Assembly (NCBI GenBank): GCA_964187785.1
Contig: OZ076409.1
Span: 48,300,001-48,360,000 of the forward strand
DNA from: Amphiscolops sp. MND2022
Lineage: Eukaryota
Direction: 5' to 3'
DNA length: 60,000 bases
Part shown: one piece after another, positions 45,520 through 60,000 of the stretch
Layout: every line of letters begins with the position of its first letter
Position numbering within the stretch: position 1 is the stretch's first letter
Made by a program: the position numbers and the translations under genes
The notes under the pieces: model-generated
Seen by the model: only the letters and a program-made list of their open reading frames with translations
Database searches by the model: none
Told to the model about the DNA's origin: nothing

Positions 45520-48500
45520 TGAAGACATTTGATCAACAAATATCGAATACAGAATCATTATCGAAAACGCATTCAACTCCATTTGTTTAGTTTAAAATAA
45601 CCTTAAACTGTATTCTAAGGATGTAAACTTACACTTACCTAATGAGGCTGACATGTGATCAATGTAGGAAAAAAACGAAATGAAGTTCCAGTTGAACAGA
45701 TTGATCGAACACAAGTGTTCAGCAAATTTTCGAAAGCTACTTGTACGCCCTCGACACCTCATTATGCATATTCGAAAGATTTGGGGAAGGTTCTCAAATT
45801 GTTTCTGAATAAGTGGTAGTTGCGCAAAAAACGAAATGCAGGAAAACAAAAGGAAAGATGAAAATGCCTCCAGTGCATATAAACAGACAGTTCAGGCTAC
45901 CTACGACTGGAAAACAGCAATACTGGGGTTCTCGAGACATTCCATTTCCTAGAACGCAAAAAGATCACCGCATGATATCGAACTTTTTCCGGAAACGACT
46001 TTCTTTCAAGTTAAATAAAACATCTAGCGAAGCACCGGAAGAAGTTAAAAGCGGAAACATTTTGAAAACGTTCAGGAAAACGACAAAAACCCAATTTCAA
46101 ATATTTATCGTCAATTTTCGAACCACTTTTCTTGATATCAAAAGCAAAATACGAGAATACACCAAAACGATTCAACATTTATTGTCTCTCAAACAATTGG
46201 AGAAAAGTAGAAAGTCTCAATATCAATTCTAACATATAATCTGTTTCCGAATTACCAGTTCCAAAGCGATTTCATTTGAAACTGTTCGACTCTACAAATG
46301 GAATCTTAATTTACCAGAAATTTTTCCGTTTTCTAGATGTATCTTGATTACTGAAACTTCCGACAATTACGCCAGGAAGCTCTTCAGAAATAACTGGCTG
46401 AAACACAATAGTTCACACTCAAGGAAAAAAATCAACTCCCACCTAAATAGTCGAATCAACGACAAAGTCCATTGAAATCTTCATAGAAAGTATTCATCTG
46501 GTTCAACAAGCTGATGCCATATGAACCAATAAACATAAGACCATCTCAACTCAAACAATACAAGCAAAAACGACTATTTGTACAGGACAAGCTACAAGTC
46601 ACTCAAGTGAAAACAACATATTATTCAAAATCACCGCAGTTGGTTCTCAATGGCGAGACGAAGGGCATGTTTCCCACTCTTATAGGTTAAACTTGTAAAC
46701 ATCATTATCTGATAAACAAATACCCGATACCGAATAATTTTCGAATATTCATTCTACTCCATTTGTTTAATTTATATAAACCTGAGAGAAGGATGTAAAC
46801 TTACACTTACCTGATAAAGCTGACATGTGATCAATGTAGGAAAAAGACGAAATGAAGTTGGAGTTGAACACACTGATCAAACATCAGTTTCTGGTTAAAT
46901 TTGAATATCTACGCCCTCGGCACCTCATTATTTTTATTGGAAAGACTTGGGGAAGGTTTTCCAATTGTATCTGAATAGGTAATAGTTCCGCAAAAAAAAA
47001 CGAAATCCAGCAAAACAAAAGGAAAAGATGAAAATGCTCCGAGTGCCCATAAACAGACAGTTCAGGCTACCTACGACCGAAAAACAGTATGCTGTGGTTC
47101 TCGAGACATTCCATTTCATCTAACCCAAAAAACCACCGCGTGATATCGAACTTTTTCCAGAAACGACTTTCTTTCAAGTTAAATGACACATCTAGCGAAG
47201 CACCGGAAGAAGTTACAAGCGAAAACATTTTAAAAACGTTCAGAAAAACAAAAACCCAATTTCAAAAATTTATCGTCAATTTTCAACCACTTTTTCTTGA
47301 TATCAAAAGCAAAATACGAGAATACACCAAAACGATTCAACTTTTATTATGTCTCAAATAATTGAAGAAAAGTAGAAAGTCTCAATATCAATTCTAACTT
47401 TGAATCTGTTTCCGAATTACCAGTTCCAAAGCAATTTCAAGAAACTGTTCGACTCTACAAATGGAAGCTTATTTGACGAGAAAATTTTCCGTTTTCTAGA
47501 TGTATCTTGATTACTGAAACTTCCGACAATTACGCCAGGAAGCCCTTCAGAAATAACTGGCTGAAACACAATACTTCACACTCAAGGAAAAAATTCAACT
47601 CCCACCTAAATTGTCGAATTAACGACAAAGTCCATTGAAATCTTCACAGAAAGTATTCATCTGGTTCAACAAGCTGATGCCATATGAACCAATAAACATA
47701 AGACCATCTCAACTCAAACGAAACAATCAAAAACGACTATTTGTACAGGACAAGCTACAAGTCACTCAAATGAAAACAACGTATTATTCCAAATCACCGC
47801 AGTTGGTTCTCAATGGCGAGACGAGGGGCATGTTTCCCACTCTTATAGGTTAAACTTGTATACATCATTATCTGATAAACAAATACCCGAAACCGAATAA
47901 TTTTCGAATATTCATTCTACTCCATTTAATTTATAAAAACCTGAGAGAAGGATGTAAACATACACGTACCTGATAAAGCTGACAAGTGATCAATGTAGGA
48001 AAAAGACGAAATGATGTTGGAGTTGAACACACTGATCGAACATCAGTTTCTGGTTAAATTTGGATATCTGTACACCCTCGGCACCTCATCATTTTTATTG
48101 GAAAGACTTGGGGAAGGTTCTCCAATTGTATCTGAATAGGTAATAGTTCCGCAAAAAAAAACGAAATCCAGCAAAACAAAAGGAAAAGATGAAAATGCTC
48201 CGAGTGCCCATAAACAGACAGTTCAGGCTACCTACGACCGAAAAACAGTATGCTGTGGTTCTCGAGACATTCCATTTCATCTAACGCAAAAAACCACCGC
48301 ATGATATCAAACTTTTTCCAGAAACGACTTTCTTTCAAGTTAAATGACACATCTAGCGAAGCACCGGAAGAAGTTACAAGCGAAAACATTTTAAAAACGT
48401 TAAGAAAAACAACAAAAACCCAATTTCAAATATTTATCGTCAATTTTCAAACCACTTTTTCTTGATATCTAAAGCAAAATACGAGAATACACCAAAACGA

Positions 48501-51500
48501 TTCAACTTTTATTATGTCTCAAATAATTGAAGAAAAGTAGAAAGTCTCAATATCAATTCTAACTTTGAATCTGTTTCCGAATTACCAGTTCCAAAGCAAT
48601 TTCAAGAAACTGTTCGACTCTACAAATGGAAGCTTATTTGACGAGAAATTTTTCCGTTTTCTAGATGTATCTTGATTACTGAAACTTCCGACAATTACGC
48701 CAGGAAGCTCTTCAGAAATAACTGGCTGAAACACAATACTTCACACTCAAGGAAAAAATTCAACTCCCACCTAAATAGTCGAATTAACGACAAAGTCCAT
48801 TGAAATCTTCACAGAAAGTATTCATCTGGTTCAACAAGCTGATGCCATATGAACCAAAAAACATAAGACCATCTCAACTCAAACGAAACTATCAAAAACG
48901 ACTATTTGTACAGGACAAGCTACAAGTTACTCAAATGAAAACAACGTATTATTCAAAATCGCCGCAGTTGGTTCTCAATGGCGAGACGAAGGGCATGTTT
49001 CCCACTCTTATAGGTTAAACTTGTAAACATCATTATCTGATAAACAAATACCCGATACCGAATAATTTTCGAATATTCATTCTACTCCATTTGTTTAATT
49101 TATAAAAACCTGAGAGAAGGATGTAAACTTACACTTACCTGATAAAGCTGACATGTGATCAATGTAGGAAAAAGACGAAATGAAGTTGGAGTTGAACACA
49201 CTGATCGAACATCAGTTTCTGGTTAAATTTGGATATCTGTACACCCTCGGCACCTCATTATTTTTATTGGAAAGACTTGGGGAAGGTTCTCCAATTGTAT
49301 CTGAATAGGTAATAGTTCCGCAAAAAAAACGAAATCCAGCAAAACAAAAGGAAAAGATGAAAATGCTCCGAGTGCCCATAAACAGACAGTTCAGGCTACC
49401 TACGACCGAAAAACAGTATGCTGTGGTTCTCGAGACATTCCATTTCATCTAACGCAAAAAACCACCGCATGATATCAAACTTTTTCCAGAAACGACTTTC
49501 TTTCAAGTTAAAAGACACATCTAGCGAAGCACCGGAAGAAGTTACAAGCGAAAACATTTTAAAAACGTTAAGAAAAACAACAAAAACCCAATTTCAAATA
49601 CTTATCGTCAATTTTCAAACCACTTTTTCTTGATATCTAAAGCAAAATACGAGAATACACCAAAACGATTCAACTTTTATTATGTCTCAAATAATTGAAG
49701 AAAAGTAGAAAGTCTCAATATCAATTCTAACTTTGAATCTGTTTCCGAATTACCAGTTCCAAAGCAATTTCAAGAAACTGTTCGACTCTACAAATGGAAG
49801 CTTATTTGACGAGAAATTTTTCCGTTTTCTAGATGTATCTTGATTACTGAAACTTCCGACAATTACGCCAGGAAGCTCTTCAGAAATAACTGGCTGAAAC
49901 ACAATACTTCACACTCAAGGAAAAAATTCAACTCCCACCTAAATAGTCGAATTAACGACAAAGTCCATTGAAATCTTCACAGAAAGTATTCATCTGGTTC
50001 AACAAGCTGATGCCATATGAACCAAAAAACATAAGACCATCTCAACTCAAACGAAACTATCAAAAACGACTATTTGTACAGGACAAGCTACAAGTTACTC
50101 AACTGAAAACAACGTATTATTCAAAATCGCCGCAGTTGGTTCTCAATGGCGAGACGAAGGGCATGTTTCCCACTCTTATAGGTTAAACTTGTAAACATCA
50201 TTATCTGATAAACAAATACCGGATACCGAATAAATTTCGAATATTCATTCTACTCCATTTGTTTAATTTATAAAAACCTGAGAGAAGGATGTAAACTTAC
50301 ACTTACCTGATAAAGCTGACATGTGATCAATGTAGGAAAAAGACGAAATGAAGTTGGAGTTGAACACACTGATCGAACATCAGTTTCTGGTTAAATTTGG
50401 ATATCTGTACGCCCTCGGCACCTCATTATTTTTATTGGAAAGACTTGGGGAAGGTTCTCCAATTGTATCAGAATAGGTAATAATTCCGCACAAAAAAAAA
50501 ACGAAATCCAGCAAAACAAAAGGAAAGGATGAAAATGCTCCGAGTGCCCATAAACAGACAGTTCAGGCTACCTACGACCGAAAAACAGTATGCTGTGGTT
50601 CTCGAGACATTCCATTTCATCTAACGCAAAAAACCACCGCATGATATCGAACTTTTTCCAGAAACGACTTTCTTTCAAGTTAAATGACACATCTAGCGAA
50701 GCACCGGAAGAAGTTACAAGCGAAAACATTTTAAAAACGTTCAGAAAAACAACAAAAACCCAATTTCAAATATCGTCAATTTTCAAACCACTTTTTCCTG
50801 ATATCTAAAGCAAAATACGAGAATACACCAAAACGATTCAACTTTTATTATGTCTCAAATATTTGAAGAAAAGTAGAAAGTCTCAATATCAATTCTAACT
50901 TTGAATCTGTTTCCGAATTACCAGTTCTAAAGCAACTTCATTTGAAATTGTTCGACTCTACAAATGGAAGCTTATTTGACGAGAAAATTTTCCGTTTTCT
51001 AGATGTATCTTGATTACTGAAACTTCCGACACATTACGGCAGGAAGCTCTCCAGAAATACCTGACTGAAACAAAATAGTTCAGACTCAAGGAACAAAAAA
51101 CTCAACTCCCACCTAAATTGTCGAATTAACGACAAAGTCCATTGAAATCTGCACAGAAAGTATTCATCTGGTTCAACAAGCTGATGCCATAGAAACCAAT
51201 AAACACAAGTCCATCTCAACTCAAACAATACAATCAAAAACGACTGTATTTGTACAAGACAAGCTACAAGTCACTCAATGAAAACAACGAATTATTCAAA
51301 ATCGCCGCAGTTGGTTCTCAATGGCGAGACGAAGGGCATGTTTTCCACTCTTATAGGTTAAACTTGTAAACATCAATATCTGATAAACATATACCCAATA
51401 CCAAATAATTTTCGAATATTCATTCTACTCCATTTGTTTAATTTATAAAAACCTGAGAGACTCTTTAAGGATGTAAACAAACACATACCTGATGAAGCTG

Positions 51501-54500
51501 ACATGTGATAAATGTAAAAAAAAGAAATGAAGTTGGAGTTGAACACACTGATCGATCAGTTTCTGGCTGAATTTGGACATCTGTACGCCCTCGGCACCTC
51601 ATTAATTTTATTGGAAAGACTTGGGAAGGCTCTCCATTTTTTCCATGAGTGGAGGCTAATCGATGGGCACATCCTTCCTTTTGAACACTGCACCTAGAAA
51701 CGGTAAAAAAAGAACATGCGGCCGTTCTGTTGGTCTCCAAATAGTAGTAAGCCAAAGCCAAAAACAAAATGCTACGGAAAATCAAAGCAGGCCAAACGAA
51801 AAATATCGACCCCTTAGGGTATCAGAAAAAACATCTACAGCGGGAAAATTTTGAGATTTGAAGAGAAACATAACTTCTACAATTATGGAAACTGGATTTG
51901 TTACTTTAACCAGGAAAAACTATGCAATGAAGACCTCTGAAAGTAAAAATTTTGAGCGAGTGATTAAGGGTGGTACAAAAACCTTGATAGTTCTGCATGA
52001 AACGAAAAGCAGAAAGACATAAGGAAAAGATGAAAATGCTTCGAGTTAACATACTCAGTCAGTTGAGACTACCTACGACTGTAAACAGCAATACTGGGGC
52101 TTTCGACACAATCCGTCTCATCTGACGCAAAAACATCACCTTAAGTCTCATTTCGTTGTCAAAATGAAACTCATTTGATTTATAAACTCTGAAGTAAGTT
52201 TCCTATTATCCTCAATCAAAAATCAATTCTGAAAAAAGACCCGAAGTGAGTCAAGAACAATGGAAAACTTAACCTAAGTAACTCGAAATTTACTCGAAAG
52301 TAAACGATATTTACTCGAACCATGTGACATTTCTGGAGACTTGGACTTACCAAGGATTTTCATCAAGTGGCATTTGCATTACCACAAAATCGCTACATCA
52401 ATTTAATTTTCGGACCTTTCATACCGGGTATCAGCTCGACTCAGGAGCTTACTTTGAATCCATCCACCTCGTGCACAGTCGTGTTATCAACGCCGAAAGC
52501 GAAACGCTCGAACACGGAAAACGAGCTCAGTTTAGAGAAAAAGTGACTCGAAAAAGGTTAAACCAATGAAGAAGGTGCGGCAAGATAGTTTGAATCAATT
52601 GGTCAGCTTTAAAACGAACTTAACAAAACAGTTATTGGGATGGAAAACCGACAACGCACTTCACCAATTGCACAATTGCAACGTTCAAGCCTGTATAACT
52701 GATCCAAACTGCATCCGCTTCTCACGATGCATGATGGCAAGCCTTGCAGCGTTATTCTGTACGATGAGCGGTACGATACAGGCACGAAATCGAAAACAAG
52801 AGAATGATTTTTCAAATGAAGTGCTAAAAATAGATCTACTGGATATATTAAGCAAAAACTAAAAGACTCCTTGGTGGCTTATAGCCAGAATACAGATGAA
52901 ATCGAAATCTTGCAAAATATTTCAATTTTAAAAAACATCTAGCCAAGTACAGGAAGAAATTAGGGCGAAAACACTTTAAAGTTTAGAAAAATGTCGAAGT
53001 CCGAAATTTAAACATTTATCGTCCATTTTCGAACCACTTTTTTCATATCAGAAGCAAAACATGAGGATACACCAAAAGAATTCAACATTTATTGTCTCAA
53101 ACAAAGAGGAAAAGTAAAAAGTCTCAATATCAATTCTAACTTTGAATCTGTTTCCGAATTACCAGTTCCAAAGCAATTTCAAGAAACTGTTCGACTCTAC
53201 AAATTGAAGCTTATTTGACGAGAAAATTTTCCGTTTTCTAGATGTATCTTGATTACTGAAACTTCCGACACATTACGACAGGAAGCTCTCCAGAAATAAC
53301 TGGCTGAAACAATACTTCACACTCAAGGAAAAAATTCAACTCCCACCTAAATTGTCGAATTAACGACAAAGTCCATTGAAATCTTCACAGAAAGTATTCA
53401 TCTGGTTCAACAAGCTGATGCCATATGAACCAAGAAACATAAGACAATCTCAACTCAAACGAAACAATCAAAAACGACTATTTGTACAGGACAAGCTACA
53501 AGTCACTCAAATGAAAACAACGTAATATTCAAAATCGCCGCAGTTGGTTCTCAATGGCGAGACGAAGGGCATGTTTCCCACTCTTATAGGTTAAACTTGT
53601 GAACATCATTATCTGATAAACAAATATCCGATACCGAATAATTTTCGAATATTCATTCTACTCCATTTGTTTATTTTATAAAAACCTGAGAGAAGGATGT
53701 AAACTTACACTTACCTGATAAAGCTGACATGTGATCAATGTAAAAAAAAAGAAATGAAGTTGGAGTTGAACACACTGATCGATCAGTTTCTGGCTGAATT
53801 TGGACATCTGTACGCCTTCGGCACCTCATTACTTTTATTGGAAAGACTTGGGAAGGCTCTCCAATTTTTTCAATGAGTGGAGGCTAATCGATGGGCACAT
53901 CCTTCCTTTTGAACATTGCACCTAGAAACGGTAAAAAAAAGAACATGCGGCCGTTCTGTTGGTCTCCAAATAGTAGTAAGCCAAAGCCAAAAACGGAAAA
54001 TCAAAGCAGGCCAAACGAAAAATATCGACCCCTTAGGGTATCAGAAAAAACATCTACAGCGGGAAAATTTAGAGATTTGAAAAGAAACATAACTTCTACA
54101 ACTATGGAAACAGGATATGTTACTTTAACCAGGAAAAACTATGTAATGAAAACCTCTGAAAGTAAAAATTTTGAGCGAGTGATTAGGGGTGGTACAAAAA
54201 CCTTGATAGTTCTGCATGAAACGAAAAGAAGAAAGACATAAGGAAAAGATGAAATGCTTCGAGTTAACATACTCAGTTAGTTGAGACTACGACTGTAAAC
54301 AGCAATACTGGGGCTGTCGACACAATCCATCTCATCTTACGCAAAAGATCACCTTAAGTCTCTCATTTCGTTGTCAGAAATGAAACACTCTCATTTGATT
54401 TATAAACTCTGAAGTAAGTTTCCTATTATCCTCAATCAAAAATCAATTCTGAAAAAAGACCCGAAGTGAGTCAAGAACAATGGAAAACTTAACCTAAGTA

Positions 54501-57500
54501 ACTCGAAATTTACTCGAAAGTAAACGATATTTACTCGAACCATGTGACATTTCTGGAGACTTGGACTTACCAAGGATTTTCATCAAGTGGCATTTGCATT
54601 ACCACAAAATCGCTACATCAATTTAATTTTCGGACCTTTCATACCGGGTATCAGCTCGACTCAGGAGCTTACTTTGAATCCATCCACCTCGTGCACAGTC
54701 GTGTTATCAACGCCGAAAGCGAAACGCTCGAACACGGAAAACGAGCTCAGTTTAGAGAAAAAGTGACTCGAAAAAGGTGAAACCAATGAAGAAGGTGCGG
54801 CAAGATAGTTTGAATCAATTGGTCAGCTTTAAAACGAACTTAAAACAGTTATTGGGATGGAAAACCGACAACGCACTTCACCAATTGCACAATTGCAACG
54901 TTCAAGCCTGTATAACTGATCCAAACTGCATCCGCTTCTCACGATGCATGATGGCAAGCCTTGCAGAGTTATTCTGTACGATGAGCGGTACTATACAGGC
55001 ACGAAATCGAAAACAAGAGAATGATTTTTCAAATGAAGTGCTAAAAATAGATCTACTGGATATATTAAGCAAAAACTAAAAGACTCCTTGGTGGCTTATA
55101 GCCAGAATACAGATGAAGTCGAAATCTTGCAAAATCTTTCAATTTTAAAAAACATCTAGCCAAGTACAGGAAGAAATTAGGGCGAAAACACTTTAAAGTT
55201 TAAAAATTGTCGAAGTCCGAAATTTAAACATTTATCGTCCATTTTCGAACCACTTTTTTCATATCAGAAGCAAAACATGAGGATACACCAAAAGAATTCA
55301 ACATTTATTGTCTCAAACAAAGAGGAAAAGTAAAAAGTCTCAATATCAATTCTAACTTTCAATCTGTTTCCGAATTACCAGTTCCAAAGCAATTTCATTT
55401 AAAACTGTTCGACTCGACGAATGGAAGCTTATTTGACGAGAAAATTTTCCGTTTTCTAGATGTATCCTGATTACTGAAACTCCCGACAATTACGCCAGGA
55501 AGCTCTTCAGAAATAACTGACTGAAACAAAATAGTTCAGACTCAAGGAGCAAAAATTCAACTCGCACCTAAATTGTCGAATTAACGACAAAGTCCATTGA
55601 TATCTTCACAGAAAGCATTCATCTGGTTCAACAAGCTGATGCCATATGAACGAAGAAACATAAATCCATCTCAACTGAAGCAATGAAAATCAAAAACGAC
55701 TATTTGTACAGGACAACAAGCTACAAGTCACTCAAATGAAAACAACGTATTTTTCAAAATCGCTGCAGTTGGTTCTCATAGCGAGACGAAGCGTATGTTT
55801 CTTACTCTCATAGGTTAAACTTGTAAACATCATTATCTGATAAACATATACCCAATACCGAATAATTTTCGAATATTCATTTTACTCCATTTGTTTAATT
55901 TATAAAAACCTGAGACTCTTTAGGGATGTAAACAAACACTTACCTGATGAAGCTGACATGTGATAAATGTAAAAAAAAATGAAGTTGGAGTTGAACACAC
56001 TGATCGATCAGTTTCTGGCTGAATTTGGACATCTGTAGGCCCTCGGCACCTCATTACTTTTATTGGAAAGACTTGGGGAAGGCTCTCCATTTTTTTCCAT
56101 GAGTGGAGGCTAATCGATGGGCACATCCTTCCTTTTGAACATTGCACCTAGAAACGGTTAAAAAAAAGAACCTGCGGCCGTTCTGTTGGTCTCCAAATAG
56201 TAGTAAGCCAAAGCCAAAAACAAAATGCTACGGAAAATCAAAGAAGGCCAAACGAAAAATATCGACCCCTTAGGGTATCAGAAAAAACATCTACAGCGGG
56301 GAAATTTTCAATATTTGAAAAGAAACATAACTTCTACAATTATGGAAACAGGATTTGTTACTTTAACCAGGTAAAACTATGTAATGAAGACCTCTGACAG
56401 TTAAAATTTTGAGCGAGTGATTAAGGGTGGTACAAAAACCTTGATAGGTCTGCATGAAACAAAAAGCAGAAAGACATAAGGAAAAGATGAAAATGTTTCG
56501 AGTTAACATACTCAGTCAGTTGAGACTACCTAGGACTGTAAACAGCAATACTGGGGCTTCCGACAAAATCCATCTCATCTTACGCAAAAAGATCACCTTA
56601 AGTCTCTCATTTCGTTGTCAGAAATGAAACACTCTCATTTGATTTATAAACTCTACTTTAAGTAAGTTTCCTATTATCCTCAATCAAAAATCAATTCTGA
56701 AAAAAGACCCGAAGTGAGTCAAGAACAATGGAAAACCTAACCTAAGTAACTCGAAATTTACTCGGAGGTAAACGATATTTACTCGAAATATGTGACTTTT
56801 CTGGAGACTTGGACTTACAATGGATTTTCACCAAGTGGCGTTTGCATTACCACAAAATCGCTACATCAATTTAATTTTCGGACCTTTCATACCGGGTATC
56901 AGCTCGACTGAGGAGCTTACTTTGAATCCACCTCGTGCACAGTCGTGTTATCAACGCCGAAAGCGAAACGCTCGAACACGGAAAACGAGCTCAGTTTAGA
57001 GAGAAAGAAGTGACTCGAAAAAGGTGAAACCAATGAAAAGGGGGCTTCTAGCCAGAAAACAGATGAAATCGAAATCATGCAAAATCTTTCAATTTTAAAA
57101 AACATCTAGCCAAGTACAGGAAGAAATTAGGGCGAAAACACTTTATAATTAAGAAAAATGTCGAAGTCCGAAATTTAAACATTTATCGTCCATTTTCGAA
57201 CCACTTTTTTCATATCAGAAGCAAAACATGAGGACACACCAAAAGAATTCAACATTTATTGTCTCAAACAAAGAGGAAAAGTAGAAAGTCTCAATATCAA
57301 TTCTAACGTTCAATCTGTTTCCGAATTACCAGTTCCAAAGCAATTTCATTTGAAACTGTTCGACTCTACAAATGGAAGTTTATTTGACAAGGGAACTTTC
57401 AGAAAGTATCTTGATTACTGAAACTTCCGACAAGTACACCGGGAAGCTCTCCAGAAATAACTGGCTGAAACAAAATAGTTCACACTCAAGGAACAAATGA

Positions 57501-60000
57501 TTCAACTCCCACCTAAATTGTAAAAATAAAGACCAAGTCTATTGAAATCTTACAGAAAGTATTCATCTGGTTCAAAAAGATGTCATTGATCGAATAAACA
57601 TAAGTCAATCTTAACTCAATACAATCAAAAACGACTCTATTTGTACAGGAGACCAAGCTACAAGTCACTCAAATGCAACCTTAGAAAACTGAAAACAACG
57701 TATTATTCAAATTCGCCGCAGTTGGTTGTCAATGGCGAGACGAAGAGCATGTTTCTTACCCTTATAAGTTAAACTTGTAACAATCATCTGATTATCAATT
57801 TACCCAATACCGAATTATTATCGAAAATTCATTCTACTCCATTTGTTTAGTTTAAATTAACCTGAGAGAAACTGTATTTTGAGGATGTAAAGTCACACTT
57901 ACCTGATGAAGCTGACATGTGATCAATGTAGAAAAAAGACATGGAGTTGAACACACTGATCGAACATGAGTTTCTGGCTAATATTTGGATATCTGTACGC
58001 CCTTGGCACCACATTATGTTCATTGGAAAGATTTGGGAAAGCCTCGCCAATTTTGTCGTGATTAGTGAAGGCACATCGATGGGAACCTCCCTCCTTTTGA
58101 ACACTGCACCTAGAAGCGGTAAAAAAAACTTGGTGCCGTTTTGTTGGTTTCTAAATAATAGCAAATCGAAACCTAAAAGAAAATGCTACGGAAAATCGAA
58201 GCAGGCCAAACGAAAAAAAATCGACCCCTTAGGGTATCGAAAAAAAACATCTACAGCGGGAAATTTTCAAGATTTGAAAAGAAACATAACTTCTACAATT
58301 ATGGAAACAGGATTTGTTACTTTAAACAGGTAAAACTATGTAATGAAGATCTCTGACAATTAAAATTTCGAGCGAGTGATTAAGGGTGGTAAAAAAACCT
58401 TGATAAGTCTGCATGAAACGAAAAGCAGAAAGACATAAGGAAAAGATGAAAATGCTTCGAATTAACATACTCAGTCGGTTGAGACTACCTACGACTGTAA
58501 ACAACAATACTGGGGCTTTCGACACAATCCATCTCATCTTACGCAAAAACATCACCTTAAGTCTCATTTCGTTGTCAGAAATGGAACACTCTCATTTGAT
58601 TTAAAAACTCTGAACTAAGTTTCCTATTATCCTCAATCAAAAATCAATTCTGAAAAAAGACCCGAAGTGAGTCAAGAACAATGGAACACTTAACCTAAGT
58701 AACTCGAAATTTACTCGAAAGTAAACGATATTTACTCGAAATATGTGACTTTTCTGGAGACTTGGACTTACAATGGATTTTCACATTTGCATTACCACAA
58801 AATCGCTACATCAATTTAATTTTCGGACCTTTCATACCGGGTATCAGCTCGACTGAGGAGCTTACTTTGAATCCACCTCGTGCACAGTCGTGTTATCAAC
58901 GCCGAAAGCGAAACGCTCGAACACGGAAAACGAGCTCAGTTTAGAGAAAAAGAAGTGACTCGAAAAAGGTGAAACAAATGAAAAGGGGGCTTCTAGCCAG
59001 AAAACAGATGAAATCGAAATCTTGCAAAATCTTTCAATTTTAAAAAACATCCAGCCAAGTACAGGAAGAAATTAGGGCGAAAACACTTTATAATGAAGAA
59101 AAATGAAGTCCGAAATAAACAAAGAGGAAAAGTAGAAAGTCTCAATATCAATTCTAACGTTCAATCTGTTTCCAAATTACCAGTTCCAAAGCAATTTCAT
59201 TTGAAACTGTTCGACTCTACAAATGGAAGCTTATTTGACAAGGGAACTTTCAGAAAGTATCTTGATTACTGAAACTTCCGACAAGTACACCGGGAAGCTC
59301 TCCAGAAATAACTGGCTGAAACAAAATAGTTCACACTCAAGGAACAAATGATTCAACTCCCACCTAAATTGTAAAAATAAAGACCAAGTCTATTGAAATC
59401 TTACAGAAAGTATTCATCTGGTTCAAAAAGATGTCATTGATCGAATAAACATAAGTCAATCTTAACTCAATACAATCAAAAACGACTCTATTTGTACAGG
59501 AGACCAAGCTACAAGTCACTCAAATGCAACCTTAGAAAACTGAAAACAACGTATTATTCAAATTCGCCGCAGTTGGTTGTCAATGGCGAGACGAAGAGCA
59601 TGTTTCTTACCCTTATAAGTTAAACTTGTAACAATCATCTGATTATCAATTTACCCAATACCGAATTATTATCGAAAATTCATTCTACTCCATTTGTTTA
59701 GTTTAAATTAACCTGAGAGAAACTGTATTTTGAGGATGTAAAGTCACACTTGCCTGATGAAGCTGACATGTTATCAATGTAGAAAAAAGACATGGAGTTG
59801 AACACACTGATCGAACATGAGTTTCTGGCTAATATTTGGATATCTGTACGCCCTTGGCACCACATTATGTTCATTGGAAAGATTTGGGAAAGCCTCGCCA
59901 ATTTTGTCGTGATTAGTGAAGGCACATCGATGGGAACCTCCCTCCTTTTGAACATTGCACCTAGAAGCGGTAAAAAAAACTTGGTGCCGTTTTGTTGGTT
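45520..60000 (+). repeat. Macrosatellite tandem array with variable unit length, continuing off the right edge
   Basis: Marker CTCCATTT at 45577, 46757, 47920, 49085, 50253, 51428, 53661, 55885, 57837 and 59688. Spacings are 1180, 1163, 1165, 1168, 1175, 2233, 2224, 1952 and 1851 bp. Confidence 0.95.

Noticed and set aside
47810..47853. KGMFP-like motif suggesting a Polinton/Maverick protein-primed polymerase origin for the array
   Set aside because: It is a single short motif followed by a stop, and no other ordered PolB motifs could be found.
46934..51237. Recurrent near-identical short ORFs suggesting a tandem gene family
   Set aside because: They recur only because of the tandem array; lengths and stops vary and no domain is recognisable.

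Overview
This is AT-rich, intron-containing eukaryotic (most likely invertebrate metazoan) genomic DNA, heavily populated by transposable elements. Host genes on the minus strand are a ~25-exon U2SURP/SR140 splicing factor (14098-33166) and a partial MATH-BTB (SPOP/Roadkill-like) gene (36117-38422). Mobile elements are a Tc1 (DD34E) element, a decayed LINE, a truncated BEL/Pao LTR retrotransposon, a Penelope-like element (PLE), many Helentron/DINE-1-like non-autonomous elements, and piggyBac-, hAT-, pogo- and Merlin/Mutator-type MITEs. The last ~14.5 kb is a macrosatellite whose unit changes size from ~1.17 kb to ~2.23 kb to ~1.9 kb. The most unusual observation is the PLE: a PHD-finger-like module sits inside its RT domain between motifs B' and C, and it has a minimal hammerhead ribozyme at its 3' end. 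All calls come from manual reading; no database searches were run.
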